This document shows positions 1 through 13,526 of a stretch of DNA of 64,000 bases, in pieces. Source of the stretch: Octopus sinensis (Eukaryota). Location of the stretch: contig NC_043000.1 in NCBI RefSeq assembly GCF_006345805.1, positions 139,748,001 to 139,812,000 on the forward strand, given 5' to 3'. The notes beneath the pieces were generated by a model, which was not told where the DNA came from, ran no database searches, and was given only the letters and a program-made list of their open reading frames with translations. A program made the translations under genes and the position numbers. The stretch's first letter is position 1, and each line of letters starts with the position of its first letter.

Positions 1-386
1 AATATTAGCCTTAGCTTTTTTGCCAGCATCTAACAAAAAAAAAATAAGATAAAGAAAAGTGGAAGAAGGTGGAAGAGAGTTTCACGGGAAAGACAAAGTG
101 AGAGAGGGAGAGAGAGAGAGAGAAAGTTATGACGTTCATAAAAAATAATATGTAAAATGTTTTGTATTTTGTTTTTGAAAGACACTATATTTTATAATCA
201 TAGTATATATACTTTCTCACACAACAATTACAATATATTTATTTTAAATATAAATATATTGTAATTGTTATATAATATGCTATAATATAAATATATATTT
301 ATATTATATTATATATATATAATATATATAATATATATATATATATAATATATATATATATATTATATATATATATAATATAATAT

Positions 387-510
387 AACTAATTTCAACG
401 GATTTCGCCCAAATTTGACGTCTATATTACTTAGTTTGGTTTGAAATAAAGAACTTGATTAGCTTAATAATCGTAACTTAATCCCGGGCAAGGCCGGGTT
501 ATACTGCTAG
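387..510 (+). mobile_element. Helitron-type 3' end (5' end not located)
   Basis: Subterminal hairpin CCCGG-GCAAGG-CCGGG (483-498), then CTAG at 507-510 followed by T. Near-identical to the terminus at 2964-2991. Confidence 0.7.
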
Positions 511-744
511 TATAATATATACATGCTATAACAGAACTCTGACATGGATCCTTAGATCCAGCCTTAGCTGTGATCTTGGAACCTATCAGTCAACCATCTA
601 TTTCACTTACCCAGTATGCCTATTCATTTAGATCACAAGTGAACTAAACCCCTCATATTTTATATATGTATGTGTGTGTGTGCGTGTGTGTGCATTTGCC
701 TGTATGTGTGCATGTGCGTATGTGTGTGCTGTGTGTGTGTGAAA

Positions 745-1025
745 TAATGTGATCTAGTAGTTAGCTGTGTTGCACTCACAATCATAAAATCATATTTTTG
801 GTTCCCAGGTCAGCTGTACATTGTGTTCTTGAGGAAGACACTCCATTTCAGATTGATCCAGTCCACTCAGCTACAAGTGGGTAACCCTGTGACACCTTAG
901 CCTAGAGTGTAATCAGGCAGTATGTTGGCTTACCTGCCTTTCCGGTGGCATTTCATCATTCAAAACCTAAAGCAATGCAAACCATATTGTGACCAGCTAT
1001 GTATAAAATTTGATAGTCTAGCCAA
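745..1025 (+). mobile_element. Degenerate tRNA-derived CORE-like SINE
   Basis: Contains TGTGTTCTTGAGGAAGACAC...CAGTCCACTCAGCT, which matches the reverse complement of the better-preserved copies at 11.65-12.0 kb and 18.2-18.44 kb. Confidence 0.5.
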
Positions 1026-1119
1026 TCACATGATCACATGATCACATGATCTGTATATATGTATGTGTGCGTGTGTGTGTGTATGTGCGCATGCTTGTGT
1101 GTGTGTGTCTGTGCATGTG

Positions 1120-1170
<51 letters not shown>

Positions 1171-1719
1171 TGTATATAGACAGTTTTACGTTATTTTTCT
1201 CTTGAAGAGTCTTCTCTCTCTGAACTCGCAACTTTTGTCTCCTTTTTACTTCTATAGTTCATATTTTCATTGTTACGTTTTTCTATTTTTCCTGCCCCTT
1301 TTCATGCCTCCCTAATTTTCTTCTCTCACAGAACAACCTTTTGTACCATTCTTGCATTTCTAATTATTTTTTCCTCGATATTTCTTTCATTCTCTCTAAA
1401 TTCCTTTCTCCCCTTCAATTCACAACTTTTCTTTCTCTTCCATTCCTTTGTTCATGCCTTCCTTCCATACTAACATGTCTCACACCAATATACTTGCATA
1501 CATCTCAATCACAAACTCCACATTTCCTTTACCCCCACCCTGCTTTTTCCCTCACATTTATGTTCTTTTCTCTAACTCCAATGGTTTCCTCACTCATGCA
1601 CACCCAAATCAATACCTCACTCCCCTTACAAACCCATGCTCCTATAGTTAACCACTAGCACTCCTCTACGTTTATACACACACACAACTTCCTCCTTATC
1701 CTCATCACAAAACATGGAT

Positions 1720-2005
1720 GTGCATATCCTTGGTCTAATCACTAAGTCTCCGGACTGTTGCCATAGTAACGAAGCTAAAGCACAGCATGAAGTCACTTGG
1801 CATAGATTGACCTTAAACTCTGCTGTGCATGCGCACTAAGTTTTAACCTTTTACCCAATTTCCACTGCTTACAGCAGTACTTGGAAGGAGGGTGTGTAGT
1901 GTGTGATCATCGCATTGACCATGACAGAGAAAGTTGAGCAGGGAATCTTCATCAAATTTTGTCAAAAAATCTTGACAAACCTGCTCAGAGGCTTTACACA
2001 AAATT
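1720..2005 (+). mobile_element. Mariner 5' relic (TIR-like end plus transposase N-terminus)
   Basis: From 1921 it translates MTEKVEQGIFIKFCQK, resembling the mariner N-terminal EQRxCIKFC motif. Upstream AAGTCTCCGGACT resembles a mariner TIR. Confidence 0.55.
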
Positions 2006-2594
2006 TTCAAAAAGTTATCATCGTTCTTGACATAATCAAGGAGATTTTATGCAACTGAAGTGGAGTTTTCAAATTGAAACTCCACTAGAGTGGACGAAAG
2101 CGCTAATATATGATATATGATTTATAAAAACATATAACATACTAATAAATAGCTGTAAATAAAAAACCATCCAGATTTCTGAGTACCTCATTTCTTCTAA
2201 TATATATATATATATATATATTGTTATGTATAGGAAGAGTCATACTGCCTTAATATCTAACACACACACTTATTCAATTTCCACTTATTTATTATTTATA
2301 TTTTTTCCTTTCCAAAATTTTTGCTGCTTTTGCAACCATGTCAATGGATGTTGACTCTATATATATCTTCATCCTTATAATCAAGCAATGTCTTACTGAA
2401 CAAGGCATATAATTACCCAGGATTTTGTTGGTAGTTTGATGCTGTATTTTACATATAGGTAAATTCTAACAACTCTACAGACTGACCAGATATATGTCAT
2501 GACCAATAAATTAATTGCTCTCTGATATATAAATATATAACCACACTATTACATATACAGTGGTGTTTTTTCTGATTTGTGGATAACTAAATAA

Positions 2595-2991
2595 TCTTTA
2601 TATATAAAAGAGAAGTTGTGTGTCTGTCTTCTACGATTTAGATTCCTAACAGCTCCCACATTTTGCGGTGCAGTTTAACCAAAAGTGGGTATCTTATAGT
2701 TGTGATTCATATTGAGCTCTTCTGGGTATTAGCGCGCGTCTACGATGAGTCTACGATTTTTAAAAAAATTTACCATCATTTTTTTCCATTTTAATGCAAT
2801 TTTTCGCTATTATATAAGGGAAGTAACTCTCTAAAAATGTCTACGATGCGTCAACGATTTAAAAAAAATTTACCATCATTTTTTTCCCATTTTTAATGCA
2901 TTTTTTTGTTATTTTTTGGCTATAACTCTCTAAAAATGCTTATATAGTTATTTCCCTTACAAACCCGAGCAACGCCGGGCGATACTGCTAG
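2595..2991 (+). mobile_element. Non-autonomous Helitron (~397 bp)
   Basis: A|TC 5' end (TCTTTATATATAAAAG). 3' hairpin CCCGAGCAACGCCGGG then CTAG|T. No TSD. Internal ~100-bp tandem duplication (~2739-2938). Confidence 0.8.
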
Positions 2992-3164
2992 TAGATATAA
3001 ATTCATATGCACTGCTGCACAGGAATAACATTAAAATCTATGTTTCTGTATCTGCTGGTGGCCAAATCTCTGTGATAGCCATAATGTTTATATATATAAA
3101 GCAACACGATTTATTTCTAATAGATTACTCCATTAATAATGCAAATAATTAAGCAAATTATAAT

Positions 3165-3207
<43 letters not shown>

Positions 3208-3262
3208 ATATAGTATGGAAGGAGGGTGTTAAACGATGATGATGATGATGATGATATATATA

Positions 3263-3498
3263 CAGGGCCCAAAAGTCATCCAACAGTAAATCAAATTTCC
3301 ATAAGTACTTAATATTCAGTTTTATTTATTCATTCTAATTCTGAATGTTTAAATAATAGAATGCTGTGAGTTAAAATCACCGTTTCTTTTTTCAATACTA
3401 GTCTATTTATTAGTGAAGTTTTACATAAAATAATTTTCTGTTTAGTCTTGGAAGTAGAAAGTTTTGATTTACTATCGGGTTACTTTTGGCCAACCCTG
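3263..3498. mobile_element. Tc1/mariner-type MITE
   Basis: Imperfect ~35-bp TIRs (CAGGGCCCAAAAGTCATCCAACAGTAAATCAAA versus the reverse complement of TTTGATTTACTATCGGGTTACTTTTGGCCAACCCTG), with TA on both sides. Confidence 0.8.
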
Positions 3499-3510
3499 TA
3501 TATACATAAT

Positions 3511-3636
<126 letters not shown>

Positions 3637-4591
3637 TATATAACATATATATATATACATATAGATATATATACATAGATATATATACATACATAATTTT
3701 AAATTAATAATACAAGGGTAAAATTTATCAATTATATTAATTAATTAATAAATCAATTAATTAATAATTTTACCAAGTAAATCGGTACGTTAAAATAACC
3801 TTTATAGGTAAAATTATACAAATATTTTATAATTATAATTAGGGTTCAGCTAATTGCTTCACAACGTACTGAATTTAGAAATAGGAGTTAAAAATTCCTT
3901 TTCTACTACTGTACGAATCTCCATGATAGTAACATACTTTTCATACACACACGCACGTGCACACGTGTGTGTGTGTGTATAGGCATGCAGGTATGCACAT
4001 ATATAGACGTGTATGTGTGTGTGTGTGTGTGTGCGCATGCATACAGGTATGTGCGTACATAGACGTGTTTTACTGTTATTGCTTATTATTTATACATATT
4101 TTGCACCTAGGCCTCTGTTTTCTTATGCATGTGCATATATAGACGTGTGTATGAACCTTTTTGTGTCCGTGCATGTGTGTGTGTGAGCATGTATGCAGGT
4201 ATGTATATATTTTTGGGTGAATGTGTGGGTGAGCAAGTGTGTGTTTCAGGTGAGGGTAAATGAGTATATACATATAGGCGCATGAACATAGGTGTGCGGG
4301 CACGAATGTGTAGGTATAAACATGTGCGCTTACGCGAATACTATGAACTTTTTTACTACCTCACCTTTATTCCCTCCCCTCACTTAGCGGTCATTCTAAT
4401 ATCTCTTTTATCTTAATAGAGGTCAATCACACAGTAATTTCCCTTTGTTTAACGGTCATTTTCATTGCATTTTTCCGATGGCTGGAAAACTGAAGAGATA
4501 GTGGCATGGGTTTTCACCCCTACATCCAAAACTGAGAGTTTTATCATGGCTACCAAATAATTGTCACATATTATATTTACAGATACATACA

Positions 4592-4624
<33 letters not shown>

Positions 4625-4626
<2 letters not shown>

Positions 4627-4837
4627 TGGAGTAAACACATAAATGTGAAACAAGGTGGAAAAAAGAGTACTCTAATACCAGTGGTAGAGTAATATGCTTT
4701 ATTCAAAAGCAGCAGAGAATTCAACAAAACCTGTTGCTCTGAGTTTCACATTCCCATTCGTCGGACACGACGAACGGGAACGTGAAACTCAGAGTAAGAG
4801 GTTTTGTTGAATTTTCTGCTGCTTTTGAATAAAGTAT
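4625..4837. mobile_element. Penelope-like pLTR fold-back (family P1) with two degraded hammerhead motifs
   Basis: 70-bp inverted arms 4694-4763 and 4768-4837. Each carries GACGA-ACG-GGAA-CGT-GAAA-CTCAGAG-TA or a variant. The same family occurs at 34551-34680 and 48175-48305. Confidence 0.75.
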
Positions 4838-5419
4838 ATATATATATGTGTATATACTCATTCATTTGTTTTTACATCCATTTTATCTTACTTGCATGGA
4901 TATGCAAGTTTATAGAGAATATGGAAGGGGAGAATTGTTTTAATTTCAGTTGTTTAGTCTGAGGCTGCAATGTCTGCAATTCATTTTAGAGTTTACATTC
5001 TTGTGGCAAATTGGAAAAAAGTTATTCCAATATTTGTAACCTGACCTGAATGCTTGCAATAGAGAGAACTCAGATAAAAGTACCCTGAGCTACCAGGTTA
5101 AGATGCTAAGCGGGGGATTAAGTCTAAGCCCCAAGAACAGGAACAATCCCTCAAGCAGGATTCCACATACTATCCATCTAACAGATTTTGAGGAAGACAC
5201 GTTTGTAAACCTGGGGCTATGGAACTTTCCGAAACTGCCATGCAGCAAGATCAAACCTCAAACTTACTTAAGTTGCAAAGCAATCTTGTTAACTTCAAAA
5301 TCCATATCTGCTGCGAGCTAAAAACCACAAGTTTATGTATGAAGATATTTTTCAAGGCTAAGTGTGCCTCTGAGTTATACTGAAGAAGAAAAAAAATAGT
5401 TTCTATGAAAAAGTGTACT

Positions 5420-5610
5420 TGTAATTTCAATGTACCAAAAGTTTTTGTTCATATTCCTATTGCCATCAGTGGCTTCATCATTCCGCATAAGCTACAGAAA
5501 AAGATTTTGTCTCAACAGTATTTGTGTAGAAGAACAGTTGGCAGGCATTATGATTTGAAGACACAGCAAGATTGCCAACAGCTATATCACAAGAATTCAT
5601 TCAAAATACA
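5420..5610 (+). pseudogene. Possible very old hAT transposase C-terminal relic
   Basis: Frameshifted pieces NVPKVFVHIPIA and SICVEEQLAGIMI weakly resemble the hAT dimerisation domain. Similarity judged by eye only. Confidence 0.25.
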
Positions 5611-7939
5611 CATACATGCATACTTGTATACACTCATACACTTAACAGTGATGATTCAATGAAACTTTATAATTATTGCAAAAATTTATTGATTTTAATG
5701 AAGAATATTAGAAGTATTGTTCTGTTGTTTCTCAAGAATTTTAATCACCTATATAATTTAAACGTCTAGACTTAGACTGTTCAGAGTGTGATTTTCTTTG
5801 TTTTATTTACTTGTTCTACTTTTATTTATTTTTACTCATTTTTAATCTTTTACCAGCTTCTTGGTTTTAATTCTTTGGTTTTGGCTGTCAGTTCAAAGTA
5901 TTTGGAAATTATGTTTATTTATTTAATATAGAAACTTAAACATTATCTATCTCTGATAGATATAGATAAATAAAGTGAGAAAATGATAGAGAGATCACAC
6001 AAAAGTAAGGAATAGAAAGACGAGTTGGCATTGGAAACAAATAAAGAAGCATTCATTCATATTTATATTCCAAAGTATATAATTTATATTTCCCATTAGA
6101 ACCATTGATTTCAGTTTTTTTACAAGAAACCAAGTCAACTTCTATAGCAGTAGGACAAGATTGCTCAATTTGAAACTAATCTATTTCCAGTATCTTTTTT
6201 AGACTCTTGAAGAGATTAACCACAGGGTCTATTTTAACAAAGATTTGAACTCAGAATGTCAACGAAAGGAAATAAATTTGTGTAAAATAAATTCCAGAAA
6301 TCTACAATTTTCCCCAACACATTATTTCTCATTTTCAGTAAAATTATTGAATTTTAGCAAGGCTTTATGCCAGGGAATAGAAAAGAAGGCATAAATGTAT
6401 GGAATACAGGGTTGACTGTGTGATTAAGAAGTTTGATTCACAACTACGTGGCTTTAAGTTCAATCCTTCAGTACTACGTCTTATTCTATGTGTCTTCTAT
6501 GATAGCTTCAGATCAACCAAATCCTTGTAAGAGAAATTTGCCTGATAGAAATCCCGTGGAAGATCTGGGCAGTAGATATACTCAATCACATGCTTTAACA
6601 CCATTACCTGGTTGTTGGTTACCTTTCAAAGACTCCATTGAGTTGCATACATATGAATGCAGTTTCAAGTCAGATGTATTTTGTGTAATTACTAACTGTT
6701 TACAAGGTACATCAGTTAGTCTTCCCAAAAGGTATTGCATCTAAATCTGTAATAAAGAGCCTGCTTCAATTTTCAAATTAATAAATCCTATCATAAAAGC
6801 AGTGTGTTTGATTTCTAAACTCATCATTTTCATGCTATACCGATAATCCCTTGAATGGGATCTCTGATGTATTTCCTAATTTGTTTTTGCCTTGTTCACC
6901 TCTTTTGATCGACATTATCATTACTAACATATTATTCAAATTTATCCCTTATCTCCCTGTTATTCTCATTATAGCTTTATTCATAGGCTTTAAATTAGAA
7001 CAGTCTGACCAATCCTCTCTTCCTGCTTATATCATCTCAGATGTCAGAGTTAAAAATATGAAAGCAGAAACAAATTAAAAATGAAATAATTCTAAATCTC
7101 ATTCAGCTGTCAAATTCTTTCAATCAATAAATTTCTTGAAGATGCCTATCCCATGTTGAATTGGGAAATAAAAGGGAAACAAGTAATCTTGATAGGAGAG
7201 AGAGAGAGAGAGAGAGCAATAATCAGGCTTCATATAAAAAGTACTGAGTCAATTGACCAAATGTGTAATCCAAAATGCATTCAAGGATGGGATGGTTAAG
7301 GCTGGAATAGTCTGATCATGTGTCTGACCAGTGAAGGCTGTTCTGTAACTAAACAACAACAACAATAACCAACTATTGCTAATAGATTAAATTGACTGAG
7401 TATGACACTGATTATCAAATGCATTGTTGTTGAAACAGAATGGTTGAATGGATGTGTTATTTAATTGTCAGGTTCAGGAATTTGAACTGAAATCCACAGA
7501 GCGTATTCATTGTTCAGACCCAGTCCAGGTTTCACTGAAAGGAGGTTTGATCAGATGTACGGCACCTGGAAAATCTTGTCATTGTTAAAGCAATAACGAT
7601 GTGATTTGAGAGATATGTGGCTAATATTTCTAGTAAGTCAAATAACCACATAAAGGGATGATTTGTATGATTGGTAAATTTAGTACAGTTTAAAATATTG
7701 AATATCACAGCATGTATAAATAAACATGTTTTGTTTATTAATTTAAACTGAATTCTTTAACTACATCATCTGAAAACCCTGAATAAATAATGCAAATACA
7801 TAAAATTGGAGAAAGAAATACAACAGATAACCACATTTTATACTTGTTATTTTGCGTTCTACATTCCACTGGTCCTAAGAAGTCAAAAGAAATAGATTAC
7901 TATTTTTTGTTTACAAGAAAATCTAAACAAAGACAATCA

Positions 7940-8033
<94 letters not shown>

Positions 8034-8052
8034 CCTATCTGTCTATCTATCT
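7940..8052. repeat. (ATCT)n microsatellite
   Basis: Direct reading. Confidence 0.95.
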
Positions 8053-8416
8053 ATATATATATATACTTTTCTACCTATCTATATACATGTGTGTGTATAT
8101 ATGTATATATACTTATACACACACATACATAAACATATATGTGTGTGTATACATGTGTGTGTGTATGCATGTATATATATGTGTGTGTGTGTATGTTAAA
8201 CGAGAGACAGAGACAGGCAGAAACAAGGAAAATGCCCCTTGTATTTGAATACTATGCAAAAAATCCTTTTAAATACTTTTCATTTAATTTTTACCAAAAT
8301 TTTATTGTTTTCCATACGTACAGTTGAAAAAGTCTCAATGACCAAAACCGGTACTGAAAGGTTTTTTATAAAATTATTTTAGCATTTTCTACCTTGACGT
8401 TTTTCCATATACATAC

Positions 8417-8447
<31 letters not shown>

Positions 8448-8454
8448 CATACAT

Positions 8455-8534
<80 letters not shown>

Positions 8535-9129
8535 GCACACATACGTATGTATACATGCATGTATTTATAGATATGACAGAACAAACAGTAAAGACAGAAA
8601 TCAATACACGAATGCATAATGAATATACAGTTTTATTATTTTTTAAAGTTACATTACACAAAATTCTTAGTTCTTGGATAACTTTTGTAATTGTCTACCA
8701 ATTAAAAATAAGAGTGTATACAAACACACACACACTCGTATGTACATACATATATTTTGGCAAACTGGAAGTCACCACCCTCTGAGGATGGAGCATCAGC
8801 TGTCTGGCAGCCTTTGGACCCCTCTCCATTGAATTATTCTTCAACTACTTTAATTATGGCATTACAGCCAAAAGAGACACGACTATAATTTACTTTATTC
8901 TTTTCATTTTTTCCATTTCTATTTACCCTTCTACTTTTTGCATCTACCTTCTCATTTTTTCTCACGACTTCTTCTTTTGTAACAGCATCCTGATCACAAA
9001 TCAAATAGACCATGTGATCAGAACCCAAAGATTGCTTGGAGAAACAAGGTATGTTATAAAAACCTGCCAAGAACTGTTTCCCCTTAGGAAAAATTATTAG
9101 TTGTTCATATCTTTATACACTGTATGCTT

Positions 9130-9495
9130 GACCACAGTCATGGCACTTTGTCGTCTGGGATGTTGAAGGAGGACTTGTGGGTGTTGTAACGGGTTTTGAA
9201 AGGGCTTTCAGTTGTCCCCATATACTTTCACACATTTAATCATGGGGGAAACTGAAGGCCCCTCAACATCTTGGAGAGACAATGTGCCAAGCACACATGG
9301 TCAGTGAAAGAAAGCACCACTGAGTACCCCACAAAACTTACTTCAATGGCAGCAAAAACTGTAGATTATACCTGGCTGAGAAAAGAGCGATATTAAAAAA
9401 CTCTGAGCACTCAGGCATCTACCTGAACTGCAGAAGTGAAAGTGTTAATCCTTGCTCACATGACAGGAAGTACATCCTATCATATCTACGCAACC
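9130..9495 (+). mobile_element. Penelope-like GIY-YIG endonuclease relic with a local inversion
   Basis: Minus strand ~9140-9225 reads GTTESPFKTRYNTHKSSF. Plus strand ~9335-9490 reads YFNGSKNCRLYLAEKRAIL...LNCRSESVNPCSHDRKYIL, the typical PLE C-terminus. Confidence 0.7.
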
Positions 9496-10065
9496 CATCA
9501 TGACTATAACTGCCAGTCTCCAGCTTCAGCCATCCTTAACCAATACCTCGGAATCTGGTAATGAGTTTGATCAGAACATAGACACATTCACAAACACACA
9601 CGGTGCACATCCACCCAAGAGACCCTTTTCCACCACCCTAATACAAGCCCACACACAACTAATAACTCTACATGCATTCCATGCATACATAAATGCCCCA
9701 AACAATATAACCAAAAATCTAGCTAAAACATAATAAAAATACACAAACGAATACTCAAATACTTATGTGGCCTTTGTCCCCACCACTTACATCTGAAGAC
9801 ACCGCACATATAGTACCACTGCATACATTCCAATTCTAAAAGAACACCAACCCTAAAACATACATACGTTTTCCATACACACTTTCCCAGAAAACTCTTG
9901 TCATCTTACAACACCCTCAGAGATGGTGCTTTGGTGCCTAAGGGCATAACACTTAGATTAACACCTGTTAGGTTCATTTCATCATCTTTTTCACAACAGC
10001 CACAAACCAGATATATTTGCTCACTTCCAATCATAGAGAGCAGTTGCACTGAAAATGGACGTTAA

Positions 10066-10300
10066 AGGTGGCGAGCTGGCAGAAACGTTAGCACGTCGAA
10101 TGAAATGCTTAGCGGTACTTCGTCTGTCTTTACGTTCTGAGTTCAAATTCCACCGAGGTCGACTGTGCCTTTTATCCTTTCGGGGTCGATTAAATAAGTA
10201 CCAGTTATGTACTGGGGTCGATGTAATCGACTTAATACCTATGTCTGTCCTTGTTTGTCCCCTCTATGTTTAGCCCTTTGTGGGCAATAAAGAAATAAGA
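10066..10300 (+). mobile_element. tRNA-derived SINE family A (resembles the octopus OR/OK SINEs)
   Basis: Head GGTGGCGAGCTGGCAGAA, B-box-like GAGTTCAAATTCC, tail GCAATAAAGAAATAAG. About 10 homologues in this window. Confidence 0.85.
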
Positions 10301-11570
10301 AAATGAACGTTAAATGATGTTGATGATGATGATGTACAGTATTTAAATAATAATAATATACTGTGCATATTAAATGGCATTTCAATCTAATTACATGTAG
10401 TACTTTTATTGTCGAACCTACCAACAACAGAATAGTAAGCTAAACACACACACACACAACACACACACACCCACACACATGCACGCAAACACATGCACAT
10501 CTTTACATGAACCTATGCATATACATACATATGAATATCTATATCACATTTGCACCTAGCAATACTTGAAAGCTTCTGTCAATAAAACTATTATAATTGT
10601 ATATATTTTCTTGTATGTGTGTGTAAGTACTTGTGTGTGTGTGTGTGCGTGTATGTGTGAGTGTGCGCTTTCACGTGTACATATGTGTGAGTGTATATGC
10701 CTCAGTATACATCTAGTTCATGTGGGAGCCATAAATTATATGTTTACCACTTGAAGTGCTTTTTAAACTGACAGAATTTGAACTCAAACTTGACATCAAG
10801 ATTCCATGCAACCGAATATTAAACCACTTTGCTACTACACCAGTTATGTAAATAATTGATATGATAGTTCATCTTGAAAATGAAAGTTATATAAGTCATT
10901 TCATGTTTCTATTCATTGGAATGGCAAGTATTTTCCTCACTGAAGCAAACTGGGATCTTGTGTTAGTCAGTCAATAAGAATGGCAAAATCTTCTGTTGAA
11001 TCAAATTAACGTAACTGTCAACTACAACTTCAAGATATTTCAAGCTCTGCTGAGTTAGATCACTTCCTGTCAAATAGACTTATACTGATGCACGAAAATT
11101 TTTTTAAAGGTTTGCCATTAGTATGTCTGGTTAATATATGATGCCACACTCTATATCACCTTTCCAAACAAATACTCTTAGCAGCAAATATTTTATTATA
11201 AATTAAGAAGAGAAAACAGAAAAATGATAACACAAATACGTGCACTGTATAGTAGTGTGTGTTTGTGCGTGGGTGTATATATATATACATATATATATAT
11301 ATTATATATATATATATAATTATATATATATATATTATATATATATATATATGTATATGTATATATGTATATGTATGTATGTATATGTATATTTATATAG
11401 TCATATATATATGTTTTTATACATATTTTGAATACATACGTATATATACATATGTATACATATACAATCATACAATCATACATGAACGTATAACTATGTA
11501 GGTATATAAGCATATATGTATGTGTGTGTGTGTATGTGTGTATTTGTATGATTATTAGGTATATGAACAT

Positions 11571-11617
<47 letters not shown>

Positions 11618-11649
11618 ATGCAAATACACATGTATGTATAAATGTGTTG

Positions 11650-12003
11650 ATATCGGAGACCCCCTTCGGTCACAGCACTGACAATGGGATTACACCTAGA
11701 AAGTTACCTTCCAAGGCACAAGTCTGGGCAAGGTTGTTTATGGAAGACCAGCAGTCGCCCATGCATACCAGTCTCCCCTCTCCATGCCACCGGTGTTACC
11801 CAAAGAAAAAGCAAAGGCCGAGACAGCTTGGCACCAATGACGACGTCACAACTCATTTCTACGGCTGAGTGAACGCGAGCAATGTGAAATAAAGTGTCTT
11901 GCTCAAGAACACAATATGCAGCCCAGTATGGTATTCAAACTCCAAACCTCACGTTCGTCAGTTCGTCAGTTCGACGCTTTAACCACTGAGCCATGCACCT
12001 TCA
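11650..12003 (-). mobile_element. tRNA-derived CORE-like SINE (family D)
   Basis: The minus strand has the head GTGCATGGCTCAGTGGTTAAAG and the CORE-like TGTGTTCTTGAGCAAGACACTTTATTTCACATTGCTC. Confidence 0.75.
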
Positions 12004-12350
12004 CAATGTGTTGATATATATATTCATAATGTGTCTAACTGTGTGAGTCATGAGAGTTGCAGACAGAATTCCTTAGTTATTTGCTCTGCTTCCCTATTCT
12101 CTCAGTTGAATTTCTGTTAAGGGTAACTGCACCTTTCAACTCTTTAGAGTCAGTAAGTAAAAGCACCTATGAAGAGCAGTGTTGATGTGGGAATTAGGAG
12201 AGTAGCAGATGAAATAACTTGCACTATCTGATGGGGCTTTTTGGGTTGTTTTGGCCATTGTCTGTGATGACACTGTTGCCCAGCTCTAGTGCTCCTTTCT
12301 TTCACTCTTTGACAACATTGAAGTCATAGGATAGATGGGCTTACATGGTT

Positions 12351-12528
12351 TTATATTAAAACCTTGCCCATGACTGCACCCAGAAGAGAAACTTCCCAGC
12401 TTTCATTGCCCTGCCTTGTCAGACATATAGGAACCTTGGATATATTATATTCATGTGTAAGTGTTTGTGCATGTGTACACGTGCACTGATTGGTGTGTGT
12501 ATATATGTTCTTATACATATAGATATTT

Positions 12529-12590
<62 letters not shown>

Positions 12591-12820
12591 CATACTGTTA
12601 TATATACATACATGCATGAGTGGATAACTACTTACATCAGTGGATAACTACAGGTTATCCACTCATGCTTTTATGTTAAAACGTTGCCCATGTCTGCATC
12701 TAGAAGAGGAACTTCCCAGCTTTCATTGCCCTGCCTTGTCAGACATATGGGAACCCTAGTTATATATTCATGTGTAAGTGTTTGTGCACGTGTACACGTG
12801 CATACTGATTTGTATATATA
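12351..12820. repeat. ~150-bp direct duplication (12351-12505 and 12671-12820) flanking a 15-bp inverted repeat
   Basis: Both copies share CTTCCCAGCTTTCATTGCCCTGCCTTGTCAGACATAT. The inverted repeat is GCATGAGTGGATAAC (12614-12628) / GTTATCCACTCATGC (12654-12668). Confidence 0.9.
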
Positions 12821-13468
12821 TATATAAATCTTCTTTCTGTGCCATAAAGCTTTACTTGCACACACACCAGCTTAATTTAATTTGTCCTTAGTCAAAAGAC
12901 ACCTGTTCCTATGTTCTCTTATTAGTATTTGTGTAACATTCTCCGTTATTTTTCCGTCCTTGTTTTCGTACACATTTGCTGCTTTCTTCCAAGGAATCTA
13001 ATGCTTTTAGGTTAGTTTTTCTTAGGGCTGGCCAGATTGGAGCAATTTCGCGTATAACCACCCAAAATTGCAAAGATAATCTGGAACTTGACTGAGGAAA
13101 GAAAACTCTGAATGACCCGTCCTTGTTTTCTTTGTATCATCTAGCTGGATGCTTTGCTGTCCCCTTTTTTGTATCACCTAACTGGCTGGATGTTTCGAGT
13201 TCTTGTCCTATTTTGTATTTTATATATATATATATATATAATTATTGATATGAATACGGATAAAGTCGTTATTTAAAATACTAATCACATCAGGTGGCCG
13301 GTATGGGCATAAAACCTTATAGGTATTATTATTAAAATTATAATTAAGAGCATCTAAGAGATACCACCATGCTAGAGAGAGCAGTCAAAACTTGACTCTA
13401 AAGCCACATCATGTATCCATACAGCACCAAGTAAAAAGACAAATAAACTAGCTAAAAATTATTGGATA

Positions 13469-13526
13469 TTCCCAGATCCGGATTTCTGGATGTGTATAAA
13501 AATATACTCTGCCTCATCAGTGGGAA
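13469..13526 (-). ncRNA. Type I hammerhead ribozyme motif (AUC site)
   Basis: Minus strand: TTCCCA CTGATGA [GGCAGAGTATA TTTT TATACACATCC A] GAAA TCCGGA TC TGGGAA. 6-bp stem I and palindromic stem III (ATCCGGAT). Stem II is partly decayed and there is an extra A before GAAA. Confidence 0.75.

Noticed and set aside
2054-2106. Small hairpin plus TCCAC-TAGA-GTGGA-C GAAA GCGC TA (hammerhead-like)
   Set aside because: No valid CUGANGA next to stem II and no stem I. At best a decayed relic, so it was not counted.
3845-3873. TTCAG...ACGTA-CTGAA resembling a minimal hammerhead
   Set aside because: Stem I pairs, but both core segments carry several mismatches.
5270-5390. Minus-strand exon-like segment (pyrimidine-AG ... 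AA|GTAAGT)
   Set aside because: The peptide is unrecognisable and it abuts a probable transposase relic. Such splice-like signals are common in AT-rich DNA.
12654-12663. TTATCCAC resembling a bacterial DnaA box
   Set aside because: Animal genomic context; a short chance match inside an inverted repeat.
13095-13135. CTGAGGA-AAG-AAAA-CTC-TGAA...GTC possible hammerhead
   Set aside because: No proper GAAA, and no stem I or stem III pairing.
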